From an uncultured Rikenellaceae bacterium (GTDB taxonomy: Bacteria > Bacteroidota > Bacteroidia > Bacteroidales > VadinHA17): a stretch of DNA of 64,000 bases. Below, in pieces: positions 8,942 through 17,964 of the stretch. The stretch is from assembly GCA_964514725.1 (NCBI GenBank), contig CAZEUL010000003.1, forward strand, positions 204,567 to 268,566, written 5' to 3'. Numbering within the stretch: the first letter of the stretch is position 1; the number at the start of each line of letters is the position of its first letter. The notes beneath the pieces are model-generated. The model had not been told where the DNA came from, ran no database searches, and was given only the letters and a program-made list of their open reading frames with translations. A program made the position numbers and the translations under genes.

Positions 8942-9691
8942 CTACTTCATCTGATTTATCATGCTCGCTGAAAAGCCTGCACCGAATCCATTATCAATAT
9001 TTACTACCGTAACTCCGGCAGAACAGCTTGTAAGCATCGCAAGAAGGGCAGATATTCCTGAAAAATTTGCTCCATATCCAACACTGGTTGGTACAGCAAT
9101 GACCGGTTTATCTACAAGCCCTCCCACAACACTTGCCAGAGCTCCTTCCATTCCTGCAATTACAATGATCACCCTGCAACTCCTTATATCAGGGAGCTTA
9201 TCCACGAGACGGTGGATCCCTGCAACCCCTGCGTCGAAAATCCTTATTACCTTGTTGCCGAGCAGTTCGGCAGTCACCGCTGCTTCTTCAGCTACTGGTA
9301 TGTCGGATGTGCCTGCTGTTATAACCCCAATTTTTGATTCCGGACACTCAATCTCTTTTTTCCTGATGCTTATAATTCGAGCTTCCTTATAATATACTGC
9401 AGAAGGGACTATGCTTTTTACCGCGTTATACATTTCCTCAGTTGCTCGTGTTCCAACAACATTATTCTCCTTGACCGACATAATACGGAAAATCTCAGCC
9501 ACCTGGTACACAGTTTTCCCGGCACAGTACACTATTTCAGGATAACCAGTCCGTATTTCCCTGTGATGATCGATTCTTGCAAAGCCAAGATCAGTGTAGG
9601 GAAAATCCCTTAGAATATCCATTGCCTGGTCAATACTTTTCCTGCCATCCCTGACATCCGTCAAGAGATCTTCAATTTCTTTTTTTGTCAT
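8942..9691 (-). CDS. larB: nickel-pincer cofactor biosynthesis protein LarB (NaAD carboxylase/hydrolase, PurE-like)
   Basis: 249 aa. The N-terminus RDFPYTDLGFARIDHHREIRTGYPEIVYCAGKT and the AIR-carboxylase-like C-terminal half (ITAGTSDIPVAEEA..VIAGMEGALASVVGG) fit LarB. Confidence 0.9.
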   Translation of the reverse strand: MTKKEIEDLLTDVRDGRKSIDQAMDILRDFPYTDLGFARIDHHREIRTGYPEIVYCAGKTVYQVAEIFRIMSVKENNVVGTRATEEMYNAVKSIVPSAVYYKEARIISIRKKEIECPESKIGVITAGTSDIPVAEEAAVTAELLGNKVIRIFDAGVAGIHRLVDKLPDIRSCRVIIVIAGMEGALASVVGGLVDKPVIAVPTSVGYGANFSGISALLAMLTSCSAGVTVVNIDNGFGAGFSASMINQMK

Positions 9692-10515
9692 ATTATTGGT
9701 TTTTCCGGATTTAAACTGCCTGATCTGTAACCCTCAATATCCAAAGATATATATCTGAAACCTATTTTCTTAAGGTTCTCAATAATTATTTCTCTATCAG
9801 GTGTATGAACCATCTTGTCAAAATATCCCGGCAGACACTCTATTCTTGCAAGATCGCCGTGAACTCTTACCCTTGATCCGGGGTATCCTTTTTCAAGGAG
9901 GAAATACTCAGCTTTCTCGATCATTTCAAGTATACCAGGATTGACATCACTATTGTAAGGTATTCTAGTGAGAAGACATGCCATGGCTGGTTTGTCCCAG
10001 AAAGGAAGATTATGTTTGAACGAGATCTCCCTGATGTCTTTTTTTGTCAGGCCGGCTTCAAGAAGAGGGCTTCTTATTTTTAATTCTCTCAATGCTTTAA
10101 GCCCTGGTCTGAAATCATTTGTGTCGTCTGCATTTGTTCCATCAACAACATGATTATATCCATTTTCTTCTGCAAATTTAATCAGCTCAGAAAACAAAGT
10201 TTTTTTGCAGAGGTAACATCTGTCAACAGGATTATTTCTGATTGCATCAGGAAATGAAAAATCTATGACTGTATGATTGATATCATTAATCTTGGCGAAC
10301 TCAACAGCTTCTTCAATCTCAACAGCCGGAATATAGGGAGTCCGGATAATGACACCTATGACATTCAGCTTTTTCAGGGAATGTGCTCTGTAAAGTAGAA
10401 ATGAACTATCAACTCCTCCGGAGTAGGCTACCACAAAAGATCCAAGCTCTTTTAAAATTCCATCGAGTTTATCAAGCATATTTTTTGACATGGTTTGCTT
10501 AATGCTTTTTTTCAT
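9688..10515 (-). CDS. larE: ATP-dependent sacrificial sulfur transferase LarE (PP-loop ATPase)
   Basis: 275 aa with PP-loop AYSGGVDSS. An ATGA overlap joins it to the larB start. An alternative ATG at 10491 would remove the 17-nt overlap with larC. Confidence 0.85.
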   Translation of the reverse strand: MKKSIKQTMSKNMLDKLDGILKELGSFVVAYSGGVDSSFLLYRAHSLKKLNVIGVIIRTPYIPAVEIEEAVEFAKINDINHTVIDFSFPDAIRNNPVDRCYLCKKTLFSELIKFAEENGYNHVVDGTNADDTNDFRPGLKALRELKIRSPLLEAGLTKKDIREISFKHNLPFWDKPAMACLLTRIPYNSDVNPGILEMIEKAEYFLLEKGYPGSRVRVHGDLARIECLPGYFDKMVHTPDREIIIENLKKIGFRYISLDIEGYRSGSLNPEKPII

Positions 10516-11677
10516 TTAAAACTGACATAATTTTGCTATATACCTCTTTTAATGAAACACCTTTTGCAGAGGCAATCCTTTTTACATCTTCGAACTCAGG
10601 TTTTAAAGAGACTTCCTTTCCCAAATAATACGAATGTTTTATAATAATATCACCATATTCTGTGGTCAGATTTGAAAATTTTCTTACAAGAGTGTCCTTT
10701 CTGAATGGAAATGTCCTGATTCCTACAGTAGTAGATTCTGTGAATAATACTTCCTTAATAATATCGGTAAGATCTGACTCACAAATGACGCTGAGTTTTA
10801 TTCCGGGTCTTCCTTTCTTCATAATAATATTTGTATACGAGACATCTGAGGCACCGGCTTTAAAAAGCTTCTCGGAAATGTACTCATAAAACTCGGGGTT
10901 CATATCATCAATATTGCACTCAATCAGAATTGCATCATGTCCTTTATCCTGTGCATCATTGAATTCACCGATTGATACTCTCAGAATATTAGGTACTTCA
11001 TTATGTTCTTTATGTCCAATTCCATAGCCAGTCCTGAATATTTTCAATGACGGTGATTTACTGAAGTCAGTGGCAAGTGCTGATAATATTGCAGCGCCAG
11101 TTGGTGTAGTAGCTTCAAAGTCGACTCCTCCTTTTCTGACGGGCATCCCTTTTACTATTTCTGCTGTTGCAGGAGCTGGTACCGGAAGCTTGCCGTGTTC
11201 ACACCTGACAAAGCCGCCACCCAGCTCAATTTCAGATACGTGCACGGCATCGACATTTAAAGCATTATAACAAACAGCGGCTCCAACAATGTCAATAATT
11301 GAATCAATTGCGCCAACCTCATGAAAATGAACTTTATCAACCTTGATTCCATGAACCAGAGCTTCTGCTTCTGCAACTTTCATGAAAATTTTCATGCCAA
11401 GACTTTTAACTTTTTCATCCAGAGATGATCCGTTGATAATTTTCTCAATATCTGAAAGATGTCTGTGACCATGGACGTGACCTGATTGTTTTATTGTAAC
11501 TTTTGTACCCATTATTCCATGCCTTTGATCCCTTTCTGCAACAAGTTCCCAACCTTTGAGTTTAAGTTTATTGAGTTCTGAAATAAGAAAAGATTTATCA
11601 ATACCCAGTTCTAGCATTGCACCAAGGTTCATATCACCGCTGATTCCTGAAAAACAATCATAAAAAAGTACTTTCAT
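10499..11677 (-). CDS. larC: nickel insertion protein LarC (DUF111)
   Basis: MKVLFYDCFSGISGDMNLGAMLELG is a typical LarC/DUF111 N-terminus. The start was trimmed from track position 11704 to the ATG at 11677. It is a single uninterrupted ORF with no frameshift. Confidence 0.85.
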   Translation of the reverse strand: MKVLFYDCFSGISGDMNLGAMLELGIDKSFLISELNKLKLKGWELVAERDQRHGIMGTKVTIKQSGHVHGHRHLSDIEKIINGSSLDEKVKSLGMKIFMKVAEAEALVHGIKVDKVHFHEVGAIDSIIDIVGAAVCYNALNVDAVHVSEIELGGGFVRCEHGKLPVPAPATAEIVKGMPVRKGGVDFEATTPTGAAILSALATDFSKSPSLKIFRTGYGIGHKEHNEVPNILRVSIGEFNDAQDKGHDAILIECNIDDMNPEFYEYISEKLFKAGASDVSYTNIIMKKGRPGIKLSVICESDLTDIIKEVLFTESTTVGIRTFPFRKDTLVRKFSNLTTEYGDIIIKHSYYLGKEVSLKPEFEDVKRIASAKGVSLKEVYSKIMSVLNEKKH

Positions 11678-11854
11678 GTCAATTAGATAATAATAGATTA
11701 ACAAATAATGTGTATTAATGTTAAAGCAAAGCTAAGCATAACCAATAAATTCAGCCAGACAGCTAATATACAATTTACATTCATTATGGAATAATAAGAA
11801 AAAAGTCGTATTTTTCGAAACCTTTCCATTGATGGCCTGAAAAAATTTATTGTT

Positions 11855-12775
11855 ATGAAAAGAAGATTTTTTTTTAAAACCTCAATAGGAGCTGGAATTG
11901 CGACAGGAGCTGCATTAAGCCTTGGAGTGTATGACAAATTATGGGCATCGACTCATTCTGCTTTAAAATATGATATTGTAGCATTGATGGGCGGCTCACC
12001 TGATGCAATGTTTGACCTTGGAATTCAGGAACTCGGAGGAATTGGCACTTTTGTTCAAAAAGGTCATAAAGTTCTTATAAAACCGAACATAGGATGGGAT
12101 GTAACTCCTGATTTTGCAGCAAATACAAATCCTTTGCTGGTAAAAAGAATTATAGAGCATTGCCGCAGAGCAGGAGCAAAAGATGTTTATGTACTCGATC
12201 ATACTATCGATAACTGGATCAATACATATAAGAATTCGGGGATTGAAAAAGCTGCCAGGTCGGCCGGAGCGAAAGTGGTCCCCGCCAATTCTGAGAAATA
12301 TTACCAGGAAATAAACATCCCAACAGGAGTAAAACTTAAAACTGCCAAAGTTCATGAATTGCTTCTTGAGGCCGATGTTTTTATTAATGTTCCTGTTTTA
12401 AAGGTACATAACTCCACCAGGATGACCTGTGCCCTCAAGAATACAATGGGACTTGTCTGGGACAGGGGATACTGGCATGCCAACAACCTGCATCAGTGCA
12501 TTGCAGATTATGCATTGTTTGAAAAAAAGCCAGCTCTTACTGTAATTGATTGTTTCAATGTACTAGTTAAAAACGGACCTCAGGGTGTTTCGAAAGAGGA
12601 TGTCGTTCAGATGCAATCGCAGATTTTAACAACTGACTGGGTTGCCGGGGATGCCGCTGGTGCTAAAATGCTGGGAATTAATCCTGATAAAATTGATTAC
12701 ATACGGATTGCAAATAAGATGGGATTAGGTACCATCAAACTTGAATCACTCAATATTAAGCGTATTAAAATGTAG
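11855..12775 (+). CDS. Tat-exported DUF362-family protein
   Basis: 306 aa with twin-arginine leader MKRRFFFKTSIGAGIATGAALSLG. The DUF362-like core is KVLIKPNIGWDVTP..NPLLVKRIIEHCRRAGAKDVYVLDH..VPVLKVHN. It has only four scattered Cys and no CxxC cluster. Confidence 0.8.
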   Translation: MKRRFFFKTSIGAGIATGAALSLGVYDKLWASTHSALKYDIVALMGGSPDAMFDLGIQELGGIGTFVQKGHKVLIKPNIGWDVTPDFAANTNPLLVKRIIEHCRRAGAKDVYVLDHTIDNWINTYKNSGIEKAARSAGAKVVPANSEKYYQEINIPTGVKLKTAKVHELLLEADVFINVPVLKVHNSTRMTCALKNTMGLVWDRGYWHANNLHQCIADYALFEKKPALTVIDCFNVLVKNGPQGVSKEDVVQMQSQILTTDWVAGDAAGAKMLGINPDKIDYIRIANKMGLGTIKLESLNIKRIKM

Positions 12776-12781
12776 TTTAAC

Positions 12782-14341
12782 ATGACTTCTTCTTTCCTCA
12801 GAAGATTACGGATAGTATTTTCTGCAGTTATTCTGATTTATTTCATATTTATTTTTACTGATTTTCTTTCATTTATTCCGGTTGAATATATAAAGTATCT
12901 GCTTTATCTACAGTTTATTCCCTCAATTATTAAGTTCATTGATCTGAAAACATTGGCTGCAGGAGGCTTTCTGATAGTTCTGCTCCTTACTCTGGCAACA
13001 GGTCGTACATACTGTTCTTTCCTGTGTCCTCTTGGCATAGGGCAAGATCTCTTTAGCAGAATAGGTGGCCTTATAAGGAAAAAGTTCAGACGATTCGGTT
13101 ATAAAAAACCATTTACTATTATTCGGTATACATTATTAATATTTGGGGGTGTTTCTGTTTTAATTTGGGGTATCTATTTTCTGACGCTCCTAGATCCACT
13201 TAGTATATTCGGAAGATCAATAACTTATTTTATTAAACCTCTTGTTATACTGATAAATAATTTCGTTTCCGGAATACTGTCCAGATTTGATAACTATACA
13301 TTCCATCATATTGAAATAGAAGGATATACACTTGCCGTTTATGCATTACCTGCCGGTTTTTTTGTACTTATCGGTTTATTATCCCTTACTAAAGGAAGAC
13401 TTTACTGTAATATGCTCTGTCCGGTAGGCACTTTCCTTGGACTTATTTCCAAGCTTTCTCTTTTCAGGATAAAATTTGATGAGAGCAAATGTTCAAGGTG
13501 CGGAAGATGTTCGATCGTCTGTAAATCATCCTGTATCAATTTCCTAAATCACGACATAGATGTTTCAAGATGTGTAAATTGCTTTAACTGCATATACACT
13601 TGTCCTGAGAAAGCTATTTCCTACGGTTTAATAAGCCAGAAAGAAGAAGAGCAAGCAGTCGATAACAGCAAACGCAAGTTTATAGCAGGTTCACTTTTAA
13701 TGCTTTTTGGTGCTTCTTACAAAATTAAAGCCCAGGAGAGGGGTATTCCTGTGCCAAAAAGAGAATCTACTGTTAAAGAGATAAAAAACTTCCCCGTTTC
13801 CCCTCCCGGCGCCGGGTCAATTGAAAATCTTAACAACAAGTGTACTGCATGCGCCCTTTGTATAACATTGTGCCCTAATAATGTCCTTCAACCCTCAATA
13901 AGACAGTATGGGCTTATAGGCTTCATGCAACCTGTGATGGATTATCATAAAAGCTTCTGCCAGTACAACTGTACTCTATGTACAGAAATCTGCCCAACAT
14001 ATGCATTACAACCACTGATGCCTGAAGCAAAGAAGCTTACACAAATTGGCAAAGCAATTTTCATTAAGGATAATTGTATTGTAAAGACAGAAAAAACAGC
14101 CTGTGGCGCATGCTCAGAAAGCTGCCCTACAAAAGCAGTGTTTATGGTACCCTATGAAGGTAATCTTTTAATTCCTGAAACAAACCAGGAAATCTGTATT
14201 GGTTGCGGACATTGTGAAAACTCATGCCCTACAACACCGTACAAGGCAATATATGTTGATGGTAATCCTGTCCATCAGACGGCTAAAAAACCAGTAGTAA
14301 AAGAACCAAATATTAAAAAGCCAGACAACTTCCCTTTCTGA
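12782..14341 (+). CDS. membrane-bound polyferredoxin (NapH/MauN-like, multiple 4Fe-4S motifs)
   Basis: 519 aa. The hydrophobic N-terminal half carries two CxxxCP motifs (YCSFLCPLG, YCNMLCPVG). Six Cys clusters follow, four of them canonical CxxCxxCxxxC (CSRCGRCSIVC, CVNCFNCIYTCP, CTACALCITLCP, CIGCGHCENSCP). Confidence 0.85.
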   Translation: MTSSFLRRLRIVFSAVILIYFIFIFTDFLSFIPVEYIKYLLYLQFIPSIIKFIDLKTLAAGGFLIVLLLTLATGRTYCSFLCPLGIGQDLFSRIGGLIRKKFRRFGYKKPFTIIRYTLLIFGGVSVLIWGIYFLTLLDPLSIFGRSITYFIKPLVILINNFVSGILSRFDNYTFHHIEIEGYTLAVYALPAGFFVLIGLLSLTKGRLYCNMLCPVGTFLGLISKLSLFRIKFDESKCSRCGRCSIVCKSSCINFLNHDIDVSRCVNCFNCIYTCPEKAISYGLISQKEEEQAVDNSKRKFIAGSLLMLFGASYKIKAQERGIPVPKRESTVKEIKNFPVSPPGAGSIENLNNKCTACALCITLCPNNVLQPSIRQYGLIGFMQPVMDYHKSFCQYNCTLCTEICPTYALQPLMPEAKKLTQIGKAIFIKDNCIVKTEKTACGACSESCPTKAVFMVPYEGNLLIPETNQEICIGCGHCENSCPTTPYKAIYVDGNPVHQTAKKPVVKEPNIKKPDNFPF

Positions 14342-14446
14342 ATATTTTAAATTCTACTATTAAAGCCAGTCTATGATATAAGTCTGATTCTTGTTTTCTT
14401 CTGCACTTGTTTTTGCAATCAGTTTTAATTTGTAATTTTAATAAAA

Positions 14447-14860
14447 ATGAAACCTTCACATATTGAACATATTGGTATCGCTGTGGAAAACCTGGAGAAT
14501 TCAATCCTCCAGTATGAGAAACTCTTTGGGCTTAAATGCTATAAGATAGAGGAAGTAAAAGACCAGAATGTAAGAACTGCCTTTTTTAAAATTGGAGAGA
14601 CCAAAATTGAATTACTTGAGTCTGCAGGAACCCATGGTCCCATTGCCAGATTTATTGAAAAAAGGGGAGAAGGAATACATCATATAGCTTTTGCTGTAAG
14701 TGACATTGAGTCAACTATTGATGATTTACAAAGGGCAGGAGCAAAGCTTATTGATTTAAAACCAAAAAAAGGCGCTGATGGACTTGAGGTGGCCTTCATA
14801 CATCCCAAAGAGGCTTCAGGGGTTCTGATTGAAATATGCGGGAAGAGCAATAGATTGTGA
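14447..14860 (+). CDS. mce: methylmalonyl-CoA epimerase (VOC/glyoxalase-fold)
   Basis: 137 aa. IEHIGIAVENLE..KIELLES..GPIARFIEKRGEGIHHIAFAV is typical of this enzyme. Confidence 0.8.
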   Translation: MKPSHIEHIGIAVENLENSILQYEKLFGLKCYKIEEVKDQNVRTAFFKIGETKIELLESAGTHGPIARFIEKRGEGIHHIAFAVSDIESTIDDLQRAGAKLIDLKPKKGADGLEVAFIHPKEASGVLIEICGKSNRL

Positions 14861-14958
14861 TTGAATTTCTTTCCATTTAGTTTTTATAGATAATGGATCT
14901 CATTCCAGGTGGATAAAAAATTTACTAGGTTTGTGTTGGAATAAATCTTACCCCTAAA

Positions 14959-16191
14959 ATGAACGGCAAATTGGCAATTACAGGCAACTCAGGGCCAAAG
15001 GTCAGATCAGACTGCGAAATATATCTTGAATTACGAAGTGATGGGGGGATTGATATTCAGTGTAAATCAAAAGTAGAAACCCTTTATGGGGAATCGATCA
15101 GAAGGCTCTGCAAGGAAATTCTGGCTTTTTATGACATACATAATGCTTTTTTAAAGATTGAAGATACAGGCGCTCTTCCATTTGTAATTTCAGCCAGAGT
15201 GGAATCAGCTGTCAAAAAGCTTATTGACTCCAACCTTGATTACCTTAATGATTTTATGGAGTTTAACAAGTATAGCACGGAACCTGACAGATTCAGGTTC
15301 TCACGTCTTTATATTCCGGGAAATACACCCAGTATGATGATAAATGCCGGCTTGCATTCAGCCGATGGAATTATTCTAGACCTTGAAGATTCAGTTGCTC
15401 CTGAAAAGAAAGACGAAGCAAGAATACTTGTCAGAAATGCACTTCGTCAGGTTAATTTTTATGGAGCTGAACGTATAGTAAGAATCAATCAGGGGGAAAG
15501 AGGCCTTTTGGATCTTGAACAAATAATTCCACAGCATGTCAACCTGATCCTTATTCCAAAATGTGAAAATGCTGATTCAGTGAAAATTGTCGAAAAAAAG
15601 ATTGAGGAAATACTGATTCTAAACAGACTTAATTACCCTGTCTGGCTTATGCCAATTATTGAATCAGCAATTGGCATAGAGCATGCATTCGAGATAGCTT
15701 CATCCTCACCAAAGGTCGTGGCATTAGCTATTGGTCTCGAGGATCTAACCTCTGATATGGGTGTCCAAAGAACAAAAGAAGGGTATGAAACTCTTTATGC
15801 AAGGACAAGACTTATCATGGCTGCCAAAGCTGCTGGTAAACAGCCTATTGACTCAATATATTCTGATATTGATGATATGGAGGGTCTTCTGCAACATGTT
15901 TTGACTTCCAAATCCCTGGGTTTTGAGGGTATGGGATGTATTCATCCCCGCCAGGTACCCATTATCAGAAAGGGCTTTGCTCCAGGCATGGAAGAAATTG
16001 AAAAATCGAAGAAGATTATTGATGCTTATAATGAAGCCAGGCAGAAAGGATTGGGAGTCGTGGCCCTCGGATCTAAAATGATCGATCCGCCCGTTGTTGC
16101 CCGTGCCGAAAGAACAATTAAACTTGCCATAAAGCTTAATCTTATTCCTGATGATTGGGTAAAGCAAATCGCAGATGAGTTTAACCATTAA
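14959..16191 (+). CDS. citE: citrate (or citramalate) lyase acyl-carrier (CitD-like) fused to beta subunit (CitE-like citryl-CoA lyase)
   Basis: 410 aa. Residues 1 to about 90 resemble CitD (..VRSDCEIYL..IEDTGALPFVISARVESAV, compared with Klebsiella LESGDVMIRI..VDDKGALDCILRARLEALL). From about residue 113 the sequence is CitE-like (RFSRLYIPGNTP..ILDLEDSVAPEKKDEAR). Confidence 0.8.
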   Translation: MNGKLAITGNSGPKVRSDCEIYLELRSDGGIDIQCKSKVETLYGESIRRLCKEILAFYDIHNAFLKIEDTGALPFVISARVESAVKKLIDSNLDYLNDFMEFNKYSTEPDRFRFSRLYIPGNTPSMMINAGLHSADGIILDLEDSVAPEKKDEARILVRNALRQVNFYGAERIVRINQGERGLLDLEQIIPQHVNLILIPKCENADSVKIVEKKIEEILILNRLNYPVWLMPIIESAIGIEHAFEIASSSPKVVALAIGLEDLTSDMGVQRTKEGYETLYARTRLIMAAKAAGKQPIDSIYSDIDDMEGLLQHVLTSKSLGFEGMGCIHPRQVPIIRKGFAPGMEEIEKSKKIIDAYNEARQKGLGVVALGSKMIDPPVVARAERTIKLAIKLNLIPDDWVKQIADEFNH

Positions 16192-16202
16192 AAACAGGTA
16201 AA

Positions 16203-17759
16203 ATGCCAGTTCCGACTGTTATCAATGCTGCCGGCAGATCCGTACCTCTTGAAATTAACAGTAGACCTGCCGTTCCGTTCAAGGGAATTGGAATGCACAG
16301 ACCAGATGGTAACAAGTCTGGACCCCGAATATCAACTTCCATAGACTTCCCTTCTGACGGCAACAAAGTTATTTCTTCCCTTGAAGAGGCTTTAAGAAGA
16401 TGCGGATTAAAAGATGGAATGACGATATCAACCCACCATCATCTTCGTGATGGTGATCTGGTGAGCAACAGGGTTTTTGAACTTGCTTCGGAAATGCACG
16501 TCAGAGATCTTGTCTGGTTCCCCTCAGCTTCGTTCCCCTGCAATGAACCGATCATAAAGTATCTTGAGGATGGGACCATCAATAGGATCGAAGGAAGTAT
16601 GAACGGACCTTTAGGCAGATTTGTCTCAGAAGGAAAAATGAAGGGGACAGCAGTCCTTCGGTCTCACGGAGGACGTGTACAGGCAATTCAGGATGGAGAA
16701 GTTAAAATTGATATTGCAGTAATTGCAGCTCCCTCAGCTGATTTTTTTGGAAACGCTAAGGGAACAGGTGGAAGTTCAGCATGCGGTGTACTCGGGTATG
16801 CAAAGGCTGACTCAATGTATGCTGAAAAGGTTATTGTTGTAACTGATAATCTGGTTGATTTTCCTTGTTTCCCAATGGAAATTGAAGGCATATATGTTGA
16901 TTATGTTGTGGTTGTTGACAAGATCGGCATTCCTGAGAAAATAGTTTCAGGCACAACACAGATAACAAAAAGTCCGGACAGGTTATTAATTGCTGAACTT
17001 ACTGTAAAATTTCTTGAAAAATCCGGAATTTTGAAAGATGGGGTTACTCTTCAGTCAGGTGCCGGAGGAACGTCGCTTGCAATAGCTGTTTTTCTGAATG
17101 ATTTGATGAAAGAAAAAGGCTGGCGGGCTAATTATGGTTTTGGTGGAAGTACCAGATATATGGTAGAGATGCTCGAACAAGGCCGGATGGGCTATATTCT
17201 TGATGCACAGGCATTTGATCTTGATTCTGTGGCCTCAATATGCAAGAATAGGAACCATATCCCTTATTCAGTGTTTAATGCTTATAACTTTCATTCAAAG
17301 GGAAATCTTACAAGTATGATGGATATTATGATACTTGGAGCTACAGAAATCGATGTTAATTTTAATGGAAATGTGGTTACTCATTCTGACGGGTATCTCC
17401 TTCATGGTATTGGTGGCTGGCAAAACTGTCTTCATGCAAGGAATGTAATACTTCCTGTGCCATTGTTCCGTGACAGAATACCGGTTATAGTTGATGAGGT
17501 AACAACCCTGTGCGGACCAGGAGAACTTATAGACGTTATTATCACTGAAAGAGGAATCGCTATCAATCCATTGAGAACAGATTTGATAGAAAGTGTCAGG
17601 AATAGCAATCTTCCATTGAAAACCATAGTAGAACTGAAGGAAGAAGCAGAAAGAATATGTGGTAAACCTGAAAAACCTGATTTTGAAGATGATATTGTTG
17701 CTGCAATTAAATGGGTTGATGGCACAGTCATAGATGTTGTACGGAAACTGAAAACATAA
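16203..17759 (+). CDS. citF: citrate lyase alpha subunit (citrate CoA-transferase)
   Basis: 518 aa. SLEEALRRCGLKDGMTISTHHHLRDGD and the length are typical of CitF. Confidence 0.88.
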   Translation: MPVPTVINAAGRSVPLEINSRPAVPFKGIGMHRPDGNKSGPRISTSIDFPSDGNKVISSLEEALRRCGLKDGMTISTHHHLRDGDLVSNRVFELASEMHVRDLVWFPSASFPCNEPIIKYLEDGTINRIEGSMNGPLGRFVSEGKMKGTAVLRSHGGRVQAIQDGEVKIDIAVIAAPSADFFGNAKGTGGSSACGVLGYAKADSMYAEKVIVVTDNLVDFPCFPMEIEGIYVDYVVVVDKIGIPEKIVSGTTQITKSPDRLLIAELTVKFLEKSGILKDGVTLQSGAGGTSLAIAVFLNDLMKEKGWRANYGFGGSTRYMVEMLEQGRMGYILDAQAFDLDSVASICKNRNHIPYSVFNAYNFHSKGNLTSMMDIMILGATEIDVNFNGNVVTHSDGYLLHGIGGWQNCLHARNVILPVPLFRDRIPVIVDEVTTLCGPGELIDVIITERGIAINPLRTDLIESVRNSNLPLKTIVELKEEAERICGKPEKPDFEDDIVAAIKWVDGTVIDVVRKLKT

Positions 17760-17771
17760 TTGAATAATCTT

Positions 17772-17933
17772 ATGGAAAAATATAAATGTTCGATCTGTGG
17801 ATTTGTTTATGATCCTGCGGAAGGCGATCCGGCTTTAGGTATTGAGCCTGGTGTATCATTCATTGACCTGCCGGACGGCTATGTCTGCCCGGTCTGTGGA
17901 GCTGGAAAAGATGAGTTCTTTGTTATGGATTAA
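17772..17933 (+). CDS. rubredoxin
   Basis: Not in the ORF track because it is under 60 aa. Manual translation gives [53 protein letters not shown], with two CxxC pairs (CSIC, CPVC) and the rubredoxin motifs YDP and FxDLPDxxxCPxCG. It lies 12 nt after the citF stop. Confidence 0.88.
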   Translation: MEKYKCSICGFVYDPAEGDPALGIEPGVSFIDLPDGYVCPVCGAGKDEFFVMD

Positions 17934-17964
17934 TATTATAATCTATTGCACAATTAAATAGGTT

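Noticed and set aside
8961-9392. Long antisense ORFs inside well-supported genes (larB 8961-9392, tamB 40501-41001, serpin 45550-46029, rnfC 49707-50432, pepD 18377-18757, IDH/HD 20741-21079, ClC 33643-34032).
   Set aside because: Each is fully nested in a gene with strong family-level evidence on the other strand and has no recognisable motifs. They are typical chance ORFs.
11698-11937. 79-aa minus-strand ORF spanning the larC / DUF362 divergent intergenic region.
   Set aside because: It overlaps the Tat-leader codons of the DUF362 gene in antisense, is AT-rich with no motifs, and would leave no room for the divergent promoters.
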